From positions 233,895 through 297,894 of the IMG/VR virus record IMGVR_UViG_3300009181_000033: 64,000 nucleotides of DNA, one strand, 5' to 3'. Below the pieces are notes generated by a model. It searched no databases, was not told the DNA's origin, and saw only the letters and a list, made by a program, of their open reading frames with translations. Each line of letters begins with the position of its first letter. Position 1 is the stretch's first letter. The position numbers and the translations under genes are program-made. Of this stretch, positions 18,459 to 27,404 are shown in pieces.

Positions 18459-20528
18459 TCACTTAACAATGCCCGCGAGACGTGCCCAGCGCTCGGCCTC
18501 GAAACCTTCGTTGAGGTTCGTGGCGGCCGCACGGGGGGACGGACGCGAGGATGAACCAATGACTCCGTAGCTGGTTGACTCTGACAACTGCTTGGATGAG
18601 GTACCACGGAGTGCCTTGGTGAGGCTCTCGTACACAAGCTTGACTTCACGCTCATTGCGGGCCTCGTCGAGGCGCTCAATCACTTCGGCCTTCTGGCGCT
18701 TAGTGAGCGACTCATTCTGGAGGAGCTTGTTTGTGTAGAGTAGCTTAGCATTGAACAGATTTGTTTCTGCCAACTTAGCGCGGAGAATAGCGGCCTCCGC
18801 AACCGTTTTTCTGGTCTCGCCATTGATGACGTTACCTCTGCGGACAGCCTCTGTGAGCATGCCCTGGAGACGGCGGGTGCGCATCACCGACTCATTAAAC
18901 TTGCGAGCGTAGAAGTTGTAGGCCTCTTGCATCTTCTTGGCCTGCTTGGCCTTCTTCTGCTGCTCTTGCTTTGCCTTCTGGGCTGCGCCCTTCTGGCCTT
19001 TCTTCTGCTGTTCATTAGCCTGCTTCTCGGCCTGTTTGGCCTGGGACTCGGCTTGCTGCTTGCCTTTCTTGGCTTGTTGTGCCTTCTGCTTGGCCTCTGA
19101 CTGGAGACGGGCTTCGGCACGGAGATTGCGGCGGAGTGACTCTACAGTCTTGCCGGGTTCGTTTGACTGATCGCTGGGCTGCTCGGTGTCAGCGCCGTGC
19201 TCGGCGTCCTCGCCGTGGGCCTGATAAACCTGATCGAGCTCATCGAGCTCATCGAGCTCATTTGCGCTCTTGTCATCAGTGTGCTTGGAGGCGTGGGACT
19301 CTTCCTCGTCTTGGCCTTCGGTTGTGAGGTCGATGTCGACGAATGGATCGCCAAGGTCATCATCCTCGAAATCATCGGAAACATCGCCTGGGCCATGGCC
19401 CCAGCTCTGTGCCTTGGTCTCCGCCTCTTCACGGAGGGCTCTCATGCGACCAATCTCGCGGCGTAGCATGTTTTCATCAATCTCAACGACAACATCATTA
19501 CCAAGTCCGTGTGATTCCATTGTAGCTCCTTCTAAATCAAGATCTTCGTCTTCATCTTCTCCGCCTTCGACCTCTTCATCTCCACCGAGATCAAGGTCTT
19601 CCCCGCCTTCATCTTCCCCGCCTTCGGCCTCTTCATCTCCACCGAGATCAAGGTCTTCCCCGCCTTCATCTTCCCCGCCTTCTTCACCTTCGGCCTCCTC
19701 ACTGGGTGGCTCTGTGATCAAATCGACACCAATGTCGTCAAGGCTATCCTCGAGCTCGTCGGGTAAGTTGGTTAGCTTGAGTGTGAGTTCTGATTCAGAC
19801 AAATTTCTTCTATTTCTTTTCATTTTCTGCTCCGTGAGCTTGGTAAGGGTTGAATAACAATCTTTCAAAACCTTCAAATTCAGCTGTTTTTTATGCGAAT
19901 TGTCAGTGTTTTCGTTTAAGTGCTTATACATATCGCGAACTTTAGCAATAGTTGCAGAAAGACGATCAGAATATCCTCTGGATTCTCTAATTATTTTTCC
20001 GGCGCCTCTCAAAAGTTTGACGTTCTGTACAATGGATCGAATACTAGATTCGATAACTACACTTTTCTTTGATGACATGAGCATACCTAATTTTTCAGCT
20101 GCCTCCCTGCTCAATTCGTATTCTCCAGAAGGGGTTCTTAAAGCATCTAAATCCAAAGTCACTTTCCCTTCTTCATCGGGCATTGATATTGCATCAGCAA
20201 TGGCATCATGGGTCCCGAGTGCCACACTCGAATCAAGTGGAACATCATCAAAATCATCGACAGACGAACCTGCCGGCAGAGCTGTGTCATCTATTGCAGA
20301 CGCAGCTGCTGCAGTCTCAGGAAATTCGTCCATAAGCAGTTTTTCATTGTTGGCCTCAGACTCCTCAGAATTCTCAGCCTCAGAGCTCTCACCAAGCAAT
20401 TGGTGTTCTATGAGATCACGAATACGAGGCGTCACTGCCTCCAGCAAGGCTCTTTTGGCGTTATCTTCTGCCACTTCTTTTAATTTTTTAACATCGGCCA
20501 ACGCCTCTTCATAAAGCTGCTTAGACAT
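18459..20528 (-). CDS. Prohead core/scaffold protein, T4 gp22-like
   Basis: Directly upstream of MCP; acidic and coiled-coil; many LxE sites; NLFNAKLLYTNKLL..LT..QK; C-terminal ERWARLAGIVK. Confidence 0.8.
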   Translation of the reverse strand: MSKQLYEEALADVKKLKEVAEDNAKRALLEAVTPRIRDLIEHQLLGESSEAENSEESEANNEKLLMDEFPETAAAASAIDDTALPAGSSVDDFDDVPLDSSVALGTHDAIADAISMPDEEGKVTLDLDALRTPSGEYELSREAAEKLGMLMSSKKSVVIESSIRSIVQNVKLLRGAGKIIRESRGYSDRLSATIAKVRDMYKHLNENTDNSHKKQLNLKVLKDCYSTLTKLTEQKMKRNRRNLSESELTLKLTNLPDELEDSLDDIGVDLITEPPSEEAEGEEGGEDEGGEDLDLGGDEEAEGGEDEGGEDLDLGGDEEVEGGEDEDEDLDLEGATMESHGLGNDVVVEIDENMLRREIGRMRALREEAETKAQSWGHGPGDVSDDFEDDDLGDPFVDIDLTTEGQDEEESHASKHTDDKSANELDELDELDQVYQAHGEDAEHGADTEQPSDQSNEPGKTVESLRRNLRAEARLQSEAKQKAQQAKKGKQQAESQAKQAEKQANEQQKKGQKGAAQKAKQEQQKKAKQAKKMQEAYNFYARKFNESVMRTRRLQGMLTEAVRRGNVINGETRKTVAEAAILRAKLAETNLFNAKLLYTNKLLQNESLTKRQKAEVIERLDEARNEREVKLVYESLTKALRGTSSKQLSESTSYGVIGSSSRPSPRAAATNLNEGFEAERWARLAGIVK
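19561..19682. repeat. 57-bp tandem repeat (GGEDLDLGGDEE[A/V]EGGEDE) in scaffold
   Basis: ccgccttcg unit recurs at 19561 and 19618; slightly more than two copies. Confidence 0.9.
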
Positions 20529-20585
20529 CTATTGTTTCCTTACTTGTGTTGCTGTTTGTCATAACTATGAACTATATCATGTTTT

Positions 20586-21101
20586 TTATTTTGAATCACC
20601 AAAATTAAGAAATGTTCCATCTTCAGAAATTGGATTAGCTATTACATTTGCAGATGGATTAGCTGTGCCGCCTGAACCAATTGTTAAATTTGGCTTATAC
20701 GATGAAGCACTTAGCGCGGCATCATCTGCATCTGAATCTGGCAAAGACCAAGAGCCGGCCCCAGGTGATCTTAGATCGGGCATGTAAGGGTTCGCTGGAA
20801 AGCCGATCGAGAGGCTCTCCGTCTTCTTTGGTCTAGAAACGGATGTTAAATCAGGAACTGTTTCTTTAGCGATGGTCCTGGGGTTTGTCGACCAAAGGCC
20901 TTGATCGAAATCATTTAAGTGACTTAAAGCAGTAGATCGGGCAGCCCGGGCAGCATCCTCCGGTTTTTCGGAGGAGGAATAAAAATCACCAGCAGCAACT
21001 TTATCATTAAAGAGGCCTTTTAAGCGCAGCCATTTTTGAGCGCCTTCAGTTGACCTATATGGTATATAGTCGATGTATCTGCCTGAACCCGGGATGCCCA
21101 T
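20586..21101 (-). CDS. Hypothetical head-module protein (paralogue B)
   Basis: Shares G.GRY..Y.P, WSTNPR, TVPDLTSVSR, GFPANPYMPDLRSPG and ALSASSYKPNLTIGSGGTANPSANVIANPI with 21110-21646. Confidence 0.7.
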   Translation of the reverse strand: MGIPGSGRYIDYIPYRSTEGAQKWLRLKGLFNDKVAAGDFYSSSEKPEDAARAARSTALSHLNDFDQGLWSTNPRTIAKETVPDLTSVSRPKKTESLSIGFPANPYMPDLRSPGAGSWSLPDSDADDAALSASSYKPNLTIGSGGTANPSANVIANPISEDGTFLNFGDSK

Positions 21102-21247
21102 CTATAACCTCAAGATTTTTTTGTAGAAGATCCCTTGACCAAAACGGGGGTTGCTGCAACAATTGGATTAGCTATTACATTTGCAGATGGATTAGCTGTG
21201 CCGCCTGAACCAATTGTTAAATTTGGCTTATACGATGAAGCACTTAG
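20628..21247. repeat. 87-bp perfect direct repeat (20628-20714 = 21161-21247); a second, 31-bp identical block lies at 20832-20862 = 21377-21407
   Basis: Base-by-base comparison. Confidence 0.9.
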
Positions 21248-21646
21248 TGCGTCATCACCTGAATCTGGCAAAGACCAATTGTCGCTTCCTGGACCACCAG
21301 AAGAACCAGGTGATCTCAAGTCAGGCATGTAGGGGTTTGCTGGAAAGCCTGCCTTGGCTGCGGTTGGAGCTGAGGCTCTAGAAACGGATGTTAAATCAGG
21401 AACTGTTGCAGCCGGATCTTTCCTTGGATTTGTCGACCAAGTCTCTGGATCAAAATCCCCAGAGAGGTTGGCGTAATTCGTCCTAATGCCGGTGGCAACT
21501 GTGGTGAGATCATCGCCGGCATAAACACTTCCAACATCTGCTTGGGAGCTCTGGTTATTAAAAAGTCCTTTAATTTTATCGTAAATAGCCTTAGATCTTG
21601 GTTCTTGTGGCACGTACTTTGTGTATCTTCCTGTTCCTACCGACAT
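21110..21646 (-). CDS. Hypothetical head-module protein (paralogue A)
   Basis: Paralogue of 20586-21101; SD GGAAGGTGA. Confidence 0.7.
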   Translation of the reverse strand: MSVGTGRYTKYVPQEPRSKAIYDKIKGLFNNQSSQADVGSVYAGDDLTTVATGIRTNYANLSGDFDPETWSTNPRKDPAATVPDLTSVSRASAPTAAKAGFPANPYMPDLRSPGSSGGPGSDNWSLPDSGDDALSASSYKPNLTIGSGGTANPSANVIANPIVAATPVLVKGSSTKKS

Positions 21647-21671
21647 ATGTCACCTTCCATTCTTTTTAAAG

Positions 21672-21917
21672 TCAAATGTTTCCACGGAGACGACGGCGTG
21701 TTTCAGCTATTCTTGCGAGACGACGGCGTAATCTTGTCTCCTCAATTTTTAATGCCTTCATGTAATCAATTGTTTTTTCTAAAGCCTTTTCGCTCCCAAC
21801 CTCGCCTGCATCAAGCTCCTCTGTGTCCTTGGCACGATCCTCAGTGGACTCCATATCGCCAAACTTGGAGACCTCCTGGAGTATGATTTTACGAAGCATG
21901 GTATTTGTCAATTTCAT
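21672..21917 (-). CDS. Putative small prohead core protein
   Basis: MKLTNTMLRKIILQEV motif; Arg-rich C-terminal coiled coil; SD GGAGA. Confidence 0.6.
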   Translation of the reverse strand: MKLTNTMLRKIILQEVSKFGDMESTEDRAKDTEELDAGEVGSEKALEKTIDYMKALKIEETRLRRRLARIAETRRRLRGNI

Positions 21918-21972
21918 TTTTAATCTCTCCGTGATAACAAATCTTAAATATTATTCAATATGATTTTTTCAG

Positions 21973-22389
21973 TTATTTCTTAAGAGAAGAACCCATAAAA
22001 GCAAGTTCTGCCCACTTTGAAGTCACTTCTTCTCCAAAGATTTCATTGGGTTCAGCTGAGGCCAATGCTTGTTCGACTAAACCACCAGCTTGAGAAGTAA
22101 ATTTGCCCTTTGTATCTCCTTCAAGCATTTTTGGAAGTGTGGATGCAGCAGTGTCAGCCAAAATCATTTCCATTATTTTGTTTCCCCCCGACTCCTTTTT
22201 TATGGCATTAGAAAGATAAGGTGTTATTTTTCTTTGGGGTTGTTGTAAAGCACTTGAAGTTGTGGACTTGGTAGAATGAATAACCTGATTTCCTCGTGAG
22301 GAATTTGGCGAGCCTATTCCTTCGCTAAGTATTTCAACCAAACATTCCTTTACAATATTTTTTAATTCAAATTTTGACAATTTCATCAA
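21973..22389 (-). CDS. Putative prohead core protein
   Basis: MKLSKFELKNIVKECLVEILSEG; C-terminal SKWAELAF. Confidence 0.6.
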   Translation of the reverse strand: MMKLSKFELKNIVKECLVEILSEGIGSPNSSRGNQVIHSTKSTTSSALQQPQRKITPYLSNAIKKESGGNKIMEMILADTAASTLPKMLEGDTKGKFTSQAGGLVEQALASAEPNEIFGEEVTSKWAELAFMGSSLKK

Positions 22390-22410
22390 AGATCTCCTTG
22401 CGACATGTGA

Positions 22411-23022
22411 TCACTTCCTTGTGGCCAATATGTCATTAATGATTCTGTCAATTCTATCAGATTTGTTAAAAACTTTTCTTAATTCAAACGAATTAATTGT
22501 TTTCCCCTCAGGAAGCATAAAGGCTCCAGGAGTAGAGGGCTCAGAAACGTAGTCCCAACATATCAATTGAAAATCATCCTGAACGATGTGATAATCTCCT
22601 TGTTTTTTTGTGGAACCGACTCCCCTAGAAGATATTCCCAGCTTGACACCTGATTCCACCAAGGACTGCAGTATCTTTCCTGATGGTGTGTCCAGAAGCT
22701 CCACTGTCCCATAAACAACCCCCTTTTCAAGATGAGCTTCTTTGACTATGTGAGAAACATTCTTGAGGTTGACGACAGAAGAATCTGGGTGATCCAATTC
22801 GCCGAGGGCCCTATTTTCAGAAATAAACTTTTGATAATTTCTAATTTCTCTCTCGAGAACGGCAGTGGGATATATCCTTCCATTTTGGTTCAAGGTGTCT
22901 GATTTTTGAAGGATGCCCTTCATGACAACCTTGCCACCATTCTTCTCACGAGATTCTTTGATCATCTCGGGAGTATAGTCAAAAACTTCATACGAATTTA
23001 GAAGCCTTAAATCTTGTCCCAT
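22411..23022 (-). CDS. Prohead protease, T4 gp21-like
   Basis: NQNGRIYP, ALGELDHP (His), LGISSRGVGS (Ser), WDYVSEPSTPGA (Asp). Confidence 0.95.
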   Translation of the reverse strand: MGQDLRLLNSYEVFDYTPEMIKESREKNGGKVVMKGILQKSDTLNQNGRIYPTAVLEREIRNYQKFISENRALGELDHPDSSVVNLKNVSHIVKEAHLEKGVVYGTVELLDTPSGKILQSLVESGVKLGISSRGVGSTKKQGDYHIVQDDFQLICWDYVSEPSTPGAFMLPEGKTINSFELRKVFNKSDRIDRIINDILATRK

Positions 23023-23025
23023 AGC

Positions 23026-23883
23026 TTACTCCTTCGACTCCAATTCCTCTTTTAATCTGGAATATAACATAAATCTGGTAACGGTTGAATCGTCCACGTC
23101 TCCCAAGTTTTCTTGAATTAGGCACGATTTAACTTCATCAAGTTTGCTCTTCACATACTCGTTCTTTTGATCCTCGGTCTCGTATTGCTCTATGAGCTCC
23201 AATAAATTATCCTTGGCTTCATGTAGCTTCATCTTGATTGATGACATATCGTCAGAAGCAGTTGAAAAAGCGTACGCCCTTATGAGACTCTTCTGTTGTT
23301 CATTAAGCACAGAATCGTATTTTTCATTCAACTTCTTTGTCATAACCTTCATCAGCAATCTCGCTGAACCATTTGTGTCCTCGGTTATTGTTTGATCGAC
23401 AGGGGCTGACTTTTCAGTAACTAACCACTTCATCAATTGATCTTCATATTGTGCCATCTTCAAGAGATCTTTATTGGGAGATCTCCATTCATTCATCAAT
23501 GTTTGAATTGTGGCAAGCGCTCTATATTCATTAACATGTTGATCATAAAAATTATCATCATTAATGACGTGATTAATGTGCTTGATCAACAATGACTTTT
23601 CACGATCGATTGCTGCGTGATTCATGGACACAGCGGCAGACTTCGCTTCCCTGAGGATTGAGGCAGCCACGTGCTCGGAAGAAACAGTTGTCTTTACCAA
23701 AGAATTAATTAAACGAAATTCTTTATAAAGATTAGTTCCTGGTTTGTAGTGCCTCTTAAGGATCCTAAGGGCACCAGCAGACCTCTTTTTGTCATCCTCT
23801 ATCAAAGATTTTGAAATGGTCCTTACCAAGAACTCATAAAGAAGCATTGAATTTCTTTTCTTATTATGGTTCCTTCCGCTCAT
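23026..23883 (-). CDS. Hypothetical helical protein between portal and protease (probable prohead core component)
   Basis: HNKKRN N-terminus; occupies the position of T4 gp67/gp68. Confidence 0.6.
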   Translation of the reverse strand: MSGRNHNKKRNSMLLYEFLVRTISKSLIEDDKKRSAGALRILKRHYKPGTNLYKEFRLINSLVKTTVSSEHVAASILREAKSAAVSMNHAAIDREKSLLIKHINHVINDDNFYDQHVNEYRALATIQTLMNEWRSPNKDLLKMAQYEDQLMKWLVTEKSAPVDQTITEDTNGSARLLMKVMTKKLNEKYDSVLNEQQKSLIRAYAFSTASDDMSSIKMKLHEAKDNLLELIEQYETEDQKNEYVKSKLDEVKSCLIQENLGDVDDSTVTRFMLYSRLKEELESKE

Positions 23884-26800
23884 TTGTCACTCCCATCATT
23901 GATAAATACTTCTTCATTTTCATTTTCTTCTTCGAAATTTTCTGTAAGGGTTCGAGAATTTTGTTTCTGGCGTTGACCATCCATCATGTGTTGGAACTTT
24001 GGTGACATCGTCATTCTGCGAAGAGATGATGCAACATCACTCCCCATCATTGTTTTATGAACCCTAGATTCACCAAATGGATTTCCTAAATATGAATTCA
24101 TAAAGTCTTTGTCATAAGGATCAGACATTGATTTGGAATCGTGGCTCGTCATTTTTGCAAAATCAGGCTCATGAATCCTCGATGCACTATTGTGTTTTAT
24201 TCTTGCCCTGTTTCTAAGAACTCTGTCAAGTTGTTTTTGTGCCTTGACTGGGACAGTCACATCCTTTAAGCCGCCAAGCTTGACTGGGTAATCTTCTTCG
24301 TCGTCCGGATCATCGCCAGCTGTGATAAGATCAAGCTTGGGAGATTTTTGAATTGGATCGTCACTAGCGAATAGGTCACCGCCACCTTCTTCATCACCAC
24401 CGCCTTCATCGCCTCCGCCCCCAGCGGCATCACCAGAATCAACATCATCACCGCCCGAATCTTCTGGTTTGGCAGCCTCAATTGTTGCATCGATCATCTT
24501 TTCCTTAAGTCTCTGCTCGTCGATGGCGGCGATCTGTTCAGCGCTCAATCCCCATATTTCTTTACGAATAAATTCCTTGCTCATTTGACCTTCGGGGGCT
24601 GAGCCGGCTATCTCAAACTTCGCCCTCCAGAGCTCAAGCTTCTGTTGTTGTGCAATTGTTGAAGGGTTACTAAGTCTAAGGGTGAAGTTTTGAAGATCCT
24701 CTGAGTCAAATCCATTGGCATATAAATGAATAATTGCCAATTTGTTAAGCTCTGATATCATTGTCTTCTGAATGACATTGATAGTCCTGGAGAATCTAAT
24801 GTCTTCCTGTGCCAAAGTCGCCTTGCTGGAAAGGGCTTCGTCATAACCGAGATACGCTCTCGGTATCTTGAGCGCGGCGAACAACTTCTTTTGTATATAA
24901 GCAACGTCCTCTACGGCGGCTGCATTTTGACCGCCGGCCAAGGTGTCAATCTTGGTTCCTGACTCTCCACCGCGAACAGGAATGAAGTAGTCCTCATCAA
25001 CAGAAAGCGGATTATACCTCAAATCGACCCTGCCTGTTGTTCTATCAACAACCTGACTTGACCTAAGATTCTTCTTCTGTTCCTCGACGTACATCGGGAC
25101 ATTTTCCGGAGGAATATTAGCGACATCAATATAGAAAACCCTTCTCTCCGGCGCACGAACAACACGATAAACAAGCATGGCGTCCTCGATAAGGATGAGC
25201 TGGCGCCATATGCGGCGGGCAGGTTCGATGACAGAAGAACCGTAAGGAAGGAACATGTCATTGCCAAGAAGTCTGAAGTGTGTCACTTCCCAGTTTTCGA
25301 GCGTTCTATTCCCAAGAGTAACCCAGCGATATCGAACTGCCATGGGATCATTTGGATCATAATTCTCTTCTCGCTCTATCTCATTAACTGGAATTGGAAA
25401 GGCATTGATGACGCCATGTGTAGGCGAAACATCATTATAAAGAAACATGTCGCCGTATTTAACAAGGTTCCTGACCCAGGAGCGAAGATTGAACTCGACA
25501 TTTAATGTATTATAAAAGAGATCTTCTAAGATCTCCCTTATTTTTTCATTATCAGAATAAATGTGGAGTACTCTTCCTTTTTCATCTTGGGCACAAGTCT
25601 CATCTGCGTATATGTCAAGTGCTGCGGCGAGCTCGGGAGTATTGTGCGAAATGACAGTGTCTGTGGCAAAATTCTTGTATCCATCGACCGTTAAATCAAA
25701 GAGAGGAATGACACCATGATACTCAACAGATGCGACCTTGAGATTTTCATAATTGCTGGAGAAGTCCGTGTAATTCTTGTATCCATTGTCTTTTAATCTT
25801 TTCGAAACAATTTCAACAGAGGTGCCTAAAGAAGCAGCCAATTGTGACCTGGACATGCCCTTAGAAAAGGCAGAACAAATCTTATCGAATGTTAATGATT
25901 TAATATAACGTGGATTATTCCCACCATCATTATCCCATCCTGCATTGTGCCAATCTGGATTGTAGGCACGAGCAAAGGTCTCAAAGTTTTCGTATCCATG
26001 CTTTCGAAGTCTACGTTTGATGACGTTCGGATCTGTATCGAGCACCTCACACATCTTACGTGAGTTAAATCCAACTCTTTCGGCGATCTCGAGAATTCTA
26101 CCAAACGTAATGTCTTTACGCTCAGCAGGATTGTTTTCTGTCATAAACTTAGAATGATTGACTTTAAATTGTTGAATCCATTCAGAGTTTTGCTCGGACC
26201 ACTTGGCACCATTTAAGATTTTTGAGTGTAATTCTAGGTGGGCTTTTTCTGTCATCACCTGCAGATTTTCAGGCCTATTGTCGTGCTTGATGAAGTTGCA
26301 ATGATGCACTACTTCACCGTCAATCAGAGGTGAACCTTTCAACATTTCCCCAATGACTCTATGCTCTGCAACCCATCCATTCGTTTTGGAACGACGGTCC
26401 ATTGTGTAGATCCAGCGATAACCTTCACCGTCTTCCTTACAGCCATTGAAGAGATCTCGACGATAGAATGGCATCATTGCATCACCTGCCTTAAGATCTT
26501 CTATCTTACAGAAGGTGCCATCACGCTTCATAAGTCGGTGATTAGGAGTGCCGATTATTTTTTGACCATTATCGAATGTGACAGTGTATGCAGCATCGAC
26601 ACGTGTTTGACGAGCCTGTTTCCCAAAAGCGGGGACGATGCGACCTAAATTGTGATCATAGGCATACACCAAGAAAGTATGCTCCGGGTTGCTTTCGCAT
26701 TCCTGGGCCAGTTCTAAAACTGTCTTGTAACCCCCAGGAACTGCTATCTTTGTATCACCGTGAAGGCAATACTCCATCTCTCCGAAATCTTGATAACGCA

Positions 26801-27008
26801 TGAGGCGCTCGGAAAGATTATATGCATTTGCTGTAATCGTGGCATATGTGGGAGCCATCGATTTTTGGAAAAGCAAAGCGCCGCTGCTCTTTGTTTTATC
26901 AGCAACGGCTATTGTTGTGTCTAGATTTCTAAGCTTTCTTCGTACTACCGGCCCACTCCTAAAAAGCTTAGTTAATTTCTGAAATAAATTCTCGTTTTCT
27001 TTTGCCAT
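23880..27008 (-). CDS. Portal protein, T4 gp20-like, containing an intein
   Basis: RY.DF.EM...PELAAALDIYADE; LIEDAMLVYRVVRAPERRVFYIDV.N.P; EDYFIPVRG...TKIDTL.GG; YIQKKLFAALKIP; EDIRFSR. Confidence 0.95.
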   Translation of the reverse strand: MAKENENLFQKLTKLFRSGPVVRRKLRNLDTTIAVADKTKSSGALLFQKSMAPTYATITANAYNLSERLMRYQDFGEMEYCLHGDTKIAVPGGYKTVLELAQECESNPEHTFLVYAYDHNLGRIVPAFGKQARQTRVDAAYTVTFDNGQKIIGTPNHRLMKRDGTFCKIEDLKAGDAMMPFYRRDLFNGCKEDGEGYRWIYTMDRRSKTNGWVAEHRVIGEMLKGSPLIDGEVVHHCNFIKHDNRPENLQVMTEKAHLELHSKILNGAKWSEQNSEWIQQFKVNHSKFMTENNPAERKDITFGRILEIAERVGFNSRKMCEVLDTDPNVIKRRLRKHGYENFETFARAYNPDWHNAGWDNDGGNNPRYIKSLTFDKICSAFSKGMSRSQLAASLGTSVEIVSKRLKDNGYKNYTDFSSNYENLKVASVEYHGVIPLFDLTVDGYKNFATDTVISHNTPELAAALDIYADETCAQDEKGRVLHIYSDNEKIREILEDLFYNTLNVEFNLRSWVRNLVKYGDMFLYNDVSPTHGVINAFPIPVNEIEREENYDPNDPMAVRYRWVTLGNRTLENWEVTHFRLLGNDMFLPYGSSVIEPARRIWRQLILIEDAMLVYRVVRAPERRVFYIDVANIPPENVPMYVEEQKKNLRSSQVVDRTTGRVDLRYNPLSVDEDYFIPVRGGESGTKIDTLAGGQNAAAVEDVAYIQKKLFAALKIPRAYLGYDEALSSKATLAQEDIRFSRTINVIQKTMISELNKLAIIHLYANGFDSEDLQNFTLRLSNPSTIAQQQKLELWRAKFEIAGSAPEGQMSKEFIRKEIWGLSAEQIAAIDEQRLKEKMIDATIEAAKPEDSGGDDVDSGDAAGGGGDEGGGDEEGGGDLFASDDPIQKSPKLDLITAGDDPDDEEDYPVKLGGLKDVTVPVKAQKQLDRVLRNRARIKHNSASRIHEPDFAKMTSHDSKSMSDPYDKDFMNSYLGNPFGESRVHKTMMGSDVASSLRRMTMSPKFQHMMDGQRQKQNSRTLTENFEEENENEEVFINDGSDK
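25641..26768 (-). mobile_element. Intein (376 aa) with HNH homing endonuclease in the portal gene
   Basis: Block A CLHGDTKI; block B IIGTPNHRLM; block F/G LFDLTVDGYKNF..VISHN followed by Thr; internal EHR...VVHH.NFIKHDNRPENL..H. Confidence 0.93.
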
Positions 27009-27051
27009 TTTTATTTTGCCATTCCATTAAGGGAATCGGCCCTGCTATATC

Positions 27052-27372
27052 TTACACTATTTTCTCGCCAGCACCAGTTGACTTAAGAGTAACTTTCTTG
27101 CCTTTCGATTGCGGCGGCTGGGTGGTGTCGACATACTGCATTGGAGAACCGATTATCCTATTGAGCAACTTCTCCAAATCCTCCAAAAGTTTGCCCACCT
27201 CAGCTTTTGCTTTGACGCTAGCGTCATTCTTAAATGTCTCAACAGCCCCAAGTAATTTTGTAGCACTTGACATTTGCTTGGAGGCAGCATTGTGATCTTC
27301 GCCTTCATTTAACTTCGTGGCGAGTTCTTCTCTGATGATTTTTTTTAGCCTGTCTAATTCAATTTTTGGCAT
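27052..27372 (-). CDS. Putative internal head protein
   Basis: MPKIELDRLKKIIREELATKLNEG motif; ATATATAA upstream. Confidence 0.6.
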   Translation of the reverse strand: MPKIELDRLKKIIREELATKLNEGEDHNAASKQMSSATKLLGAVETFKNDASVKAKAEVGKLLEDLEKLLNRIIGSPMQYVDTTQPPQSKGKKVTLKSTGAGEKIV

Positions 27373-27404
27373 TTCACGAACCCCTAGTTTTTATATATTG
27401 ACGT

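Noticed and set aside
16676-20514. Many overlapping and antisense ORFs within MCP and scaffold
   Set aside because: Shadow ORFs expected from GC-rich codon bias; no SDs or recognisable motifs.
20628-21247. Diversity-generating retroelement TR/VR pair
   Set aside because: The copies are identical rather than differing at adenines, both lie in paralogous ORFs, and no reverse transcriptase is present in the window.
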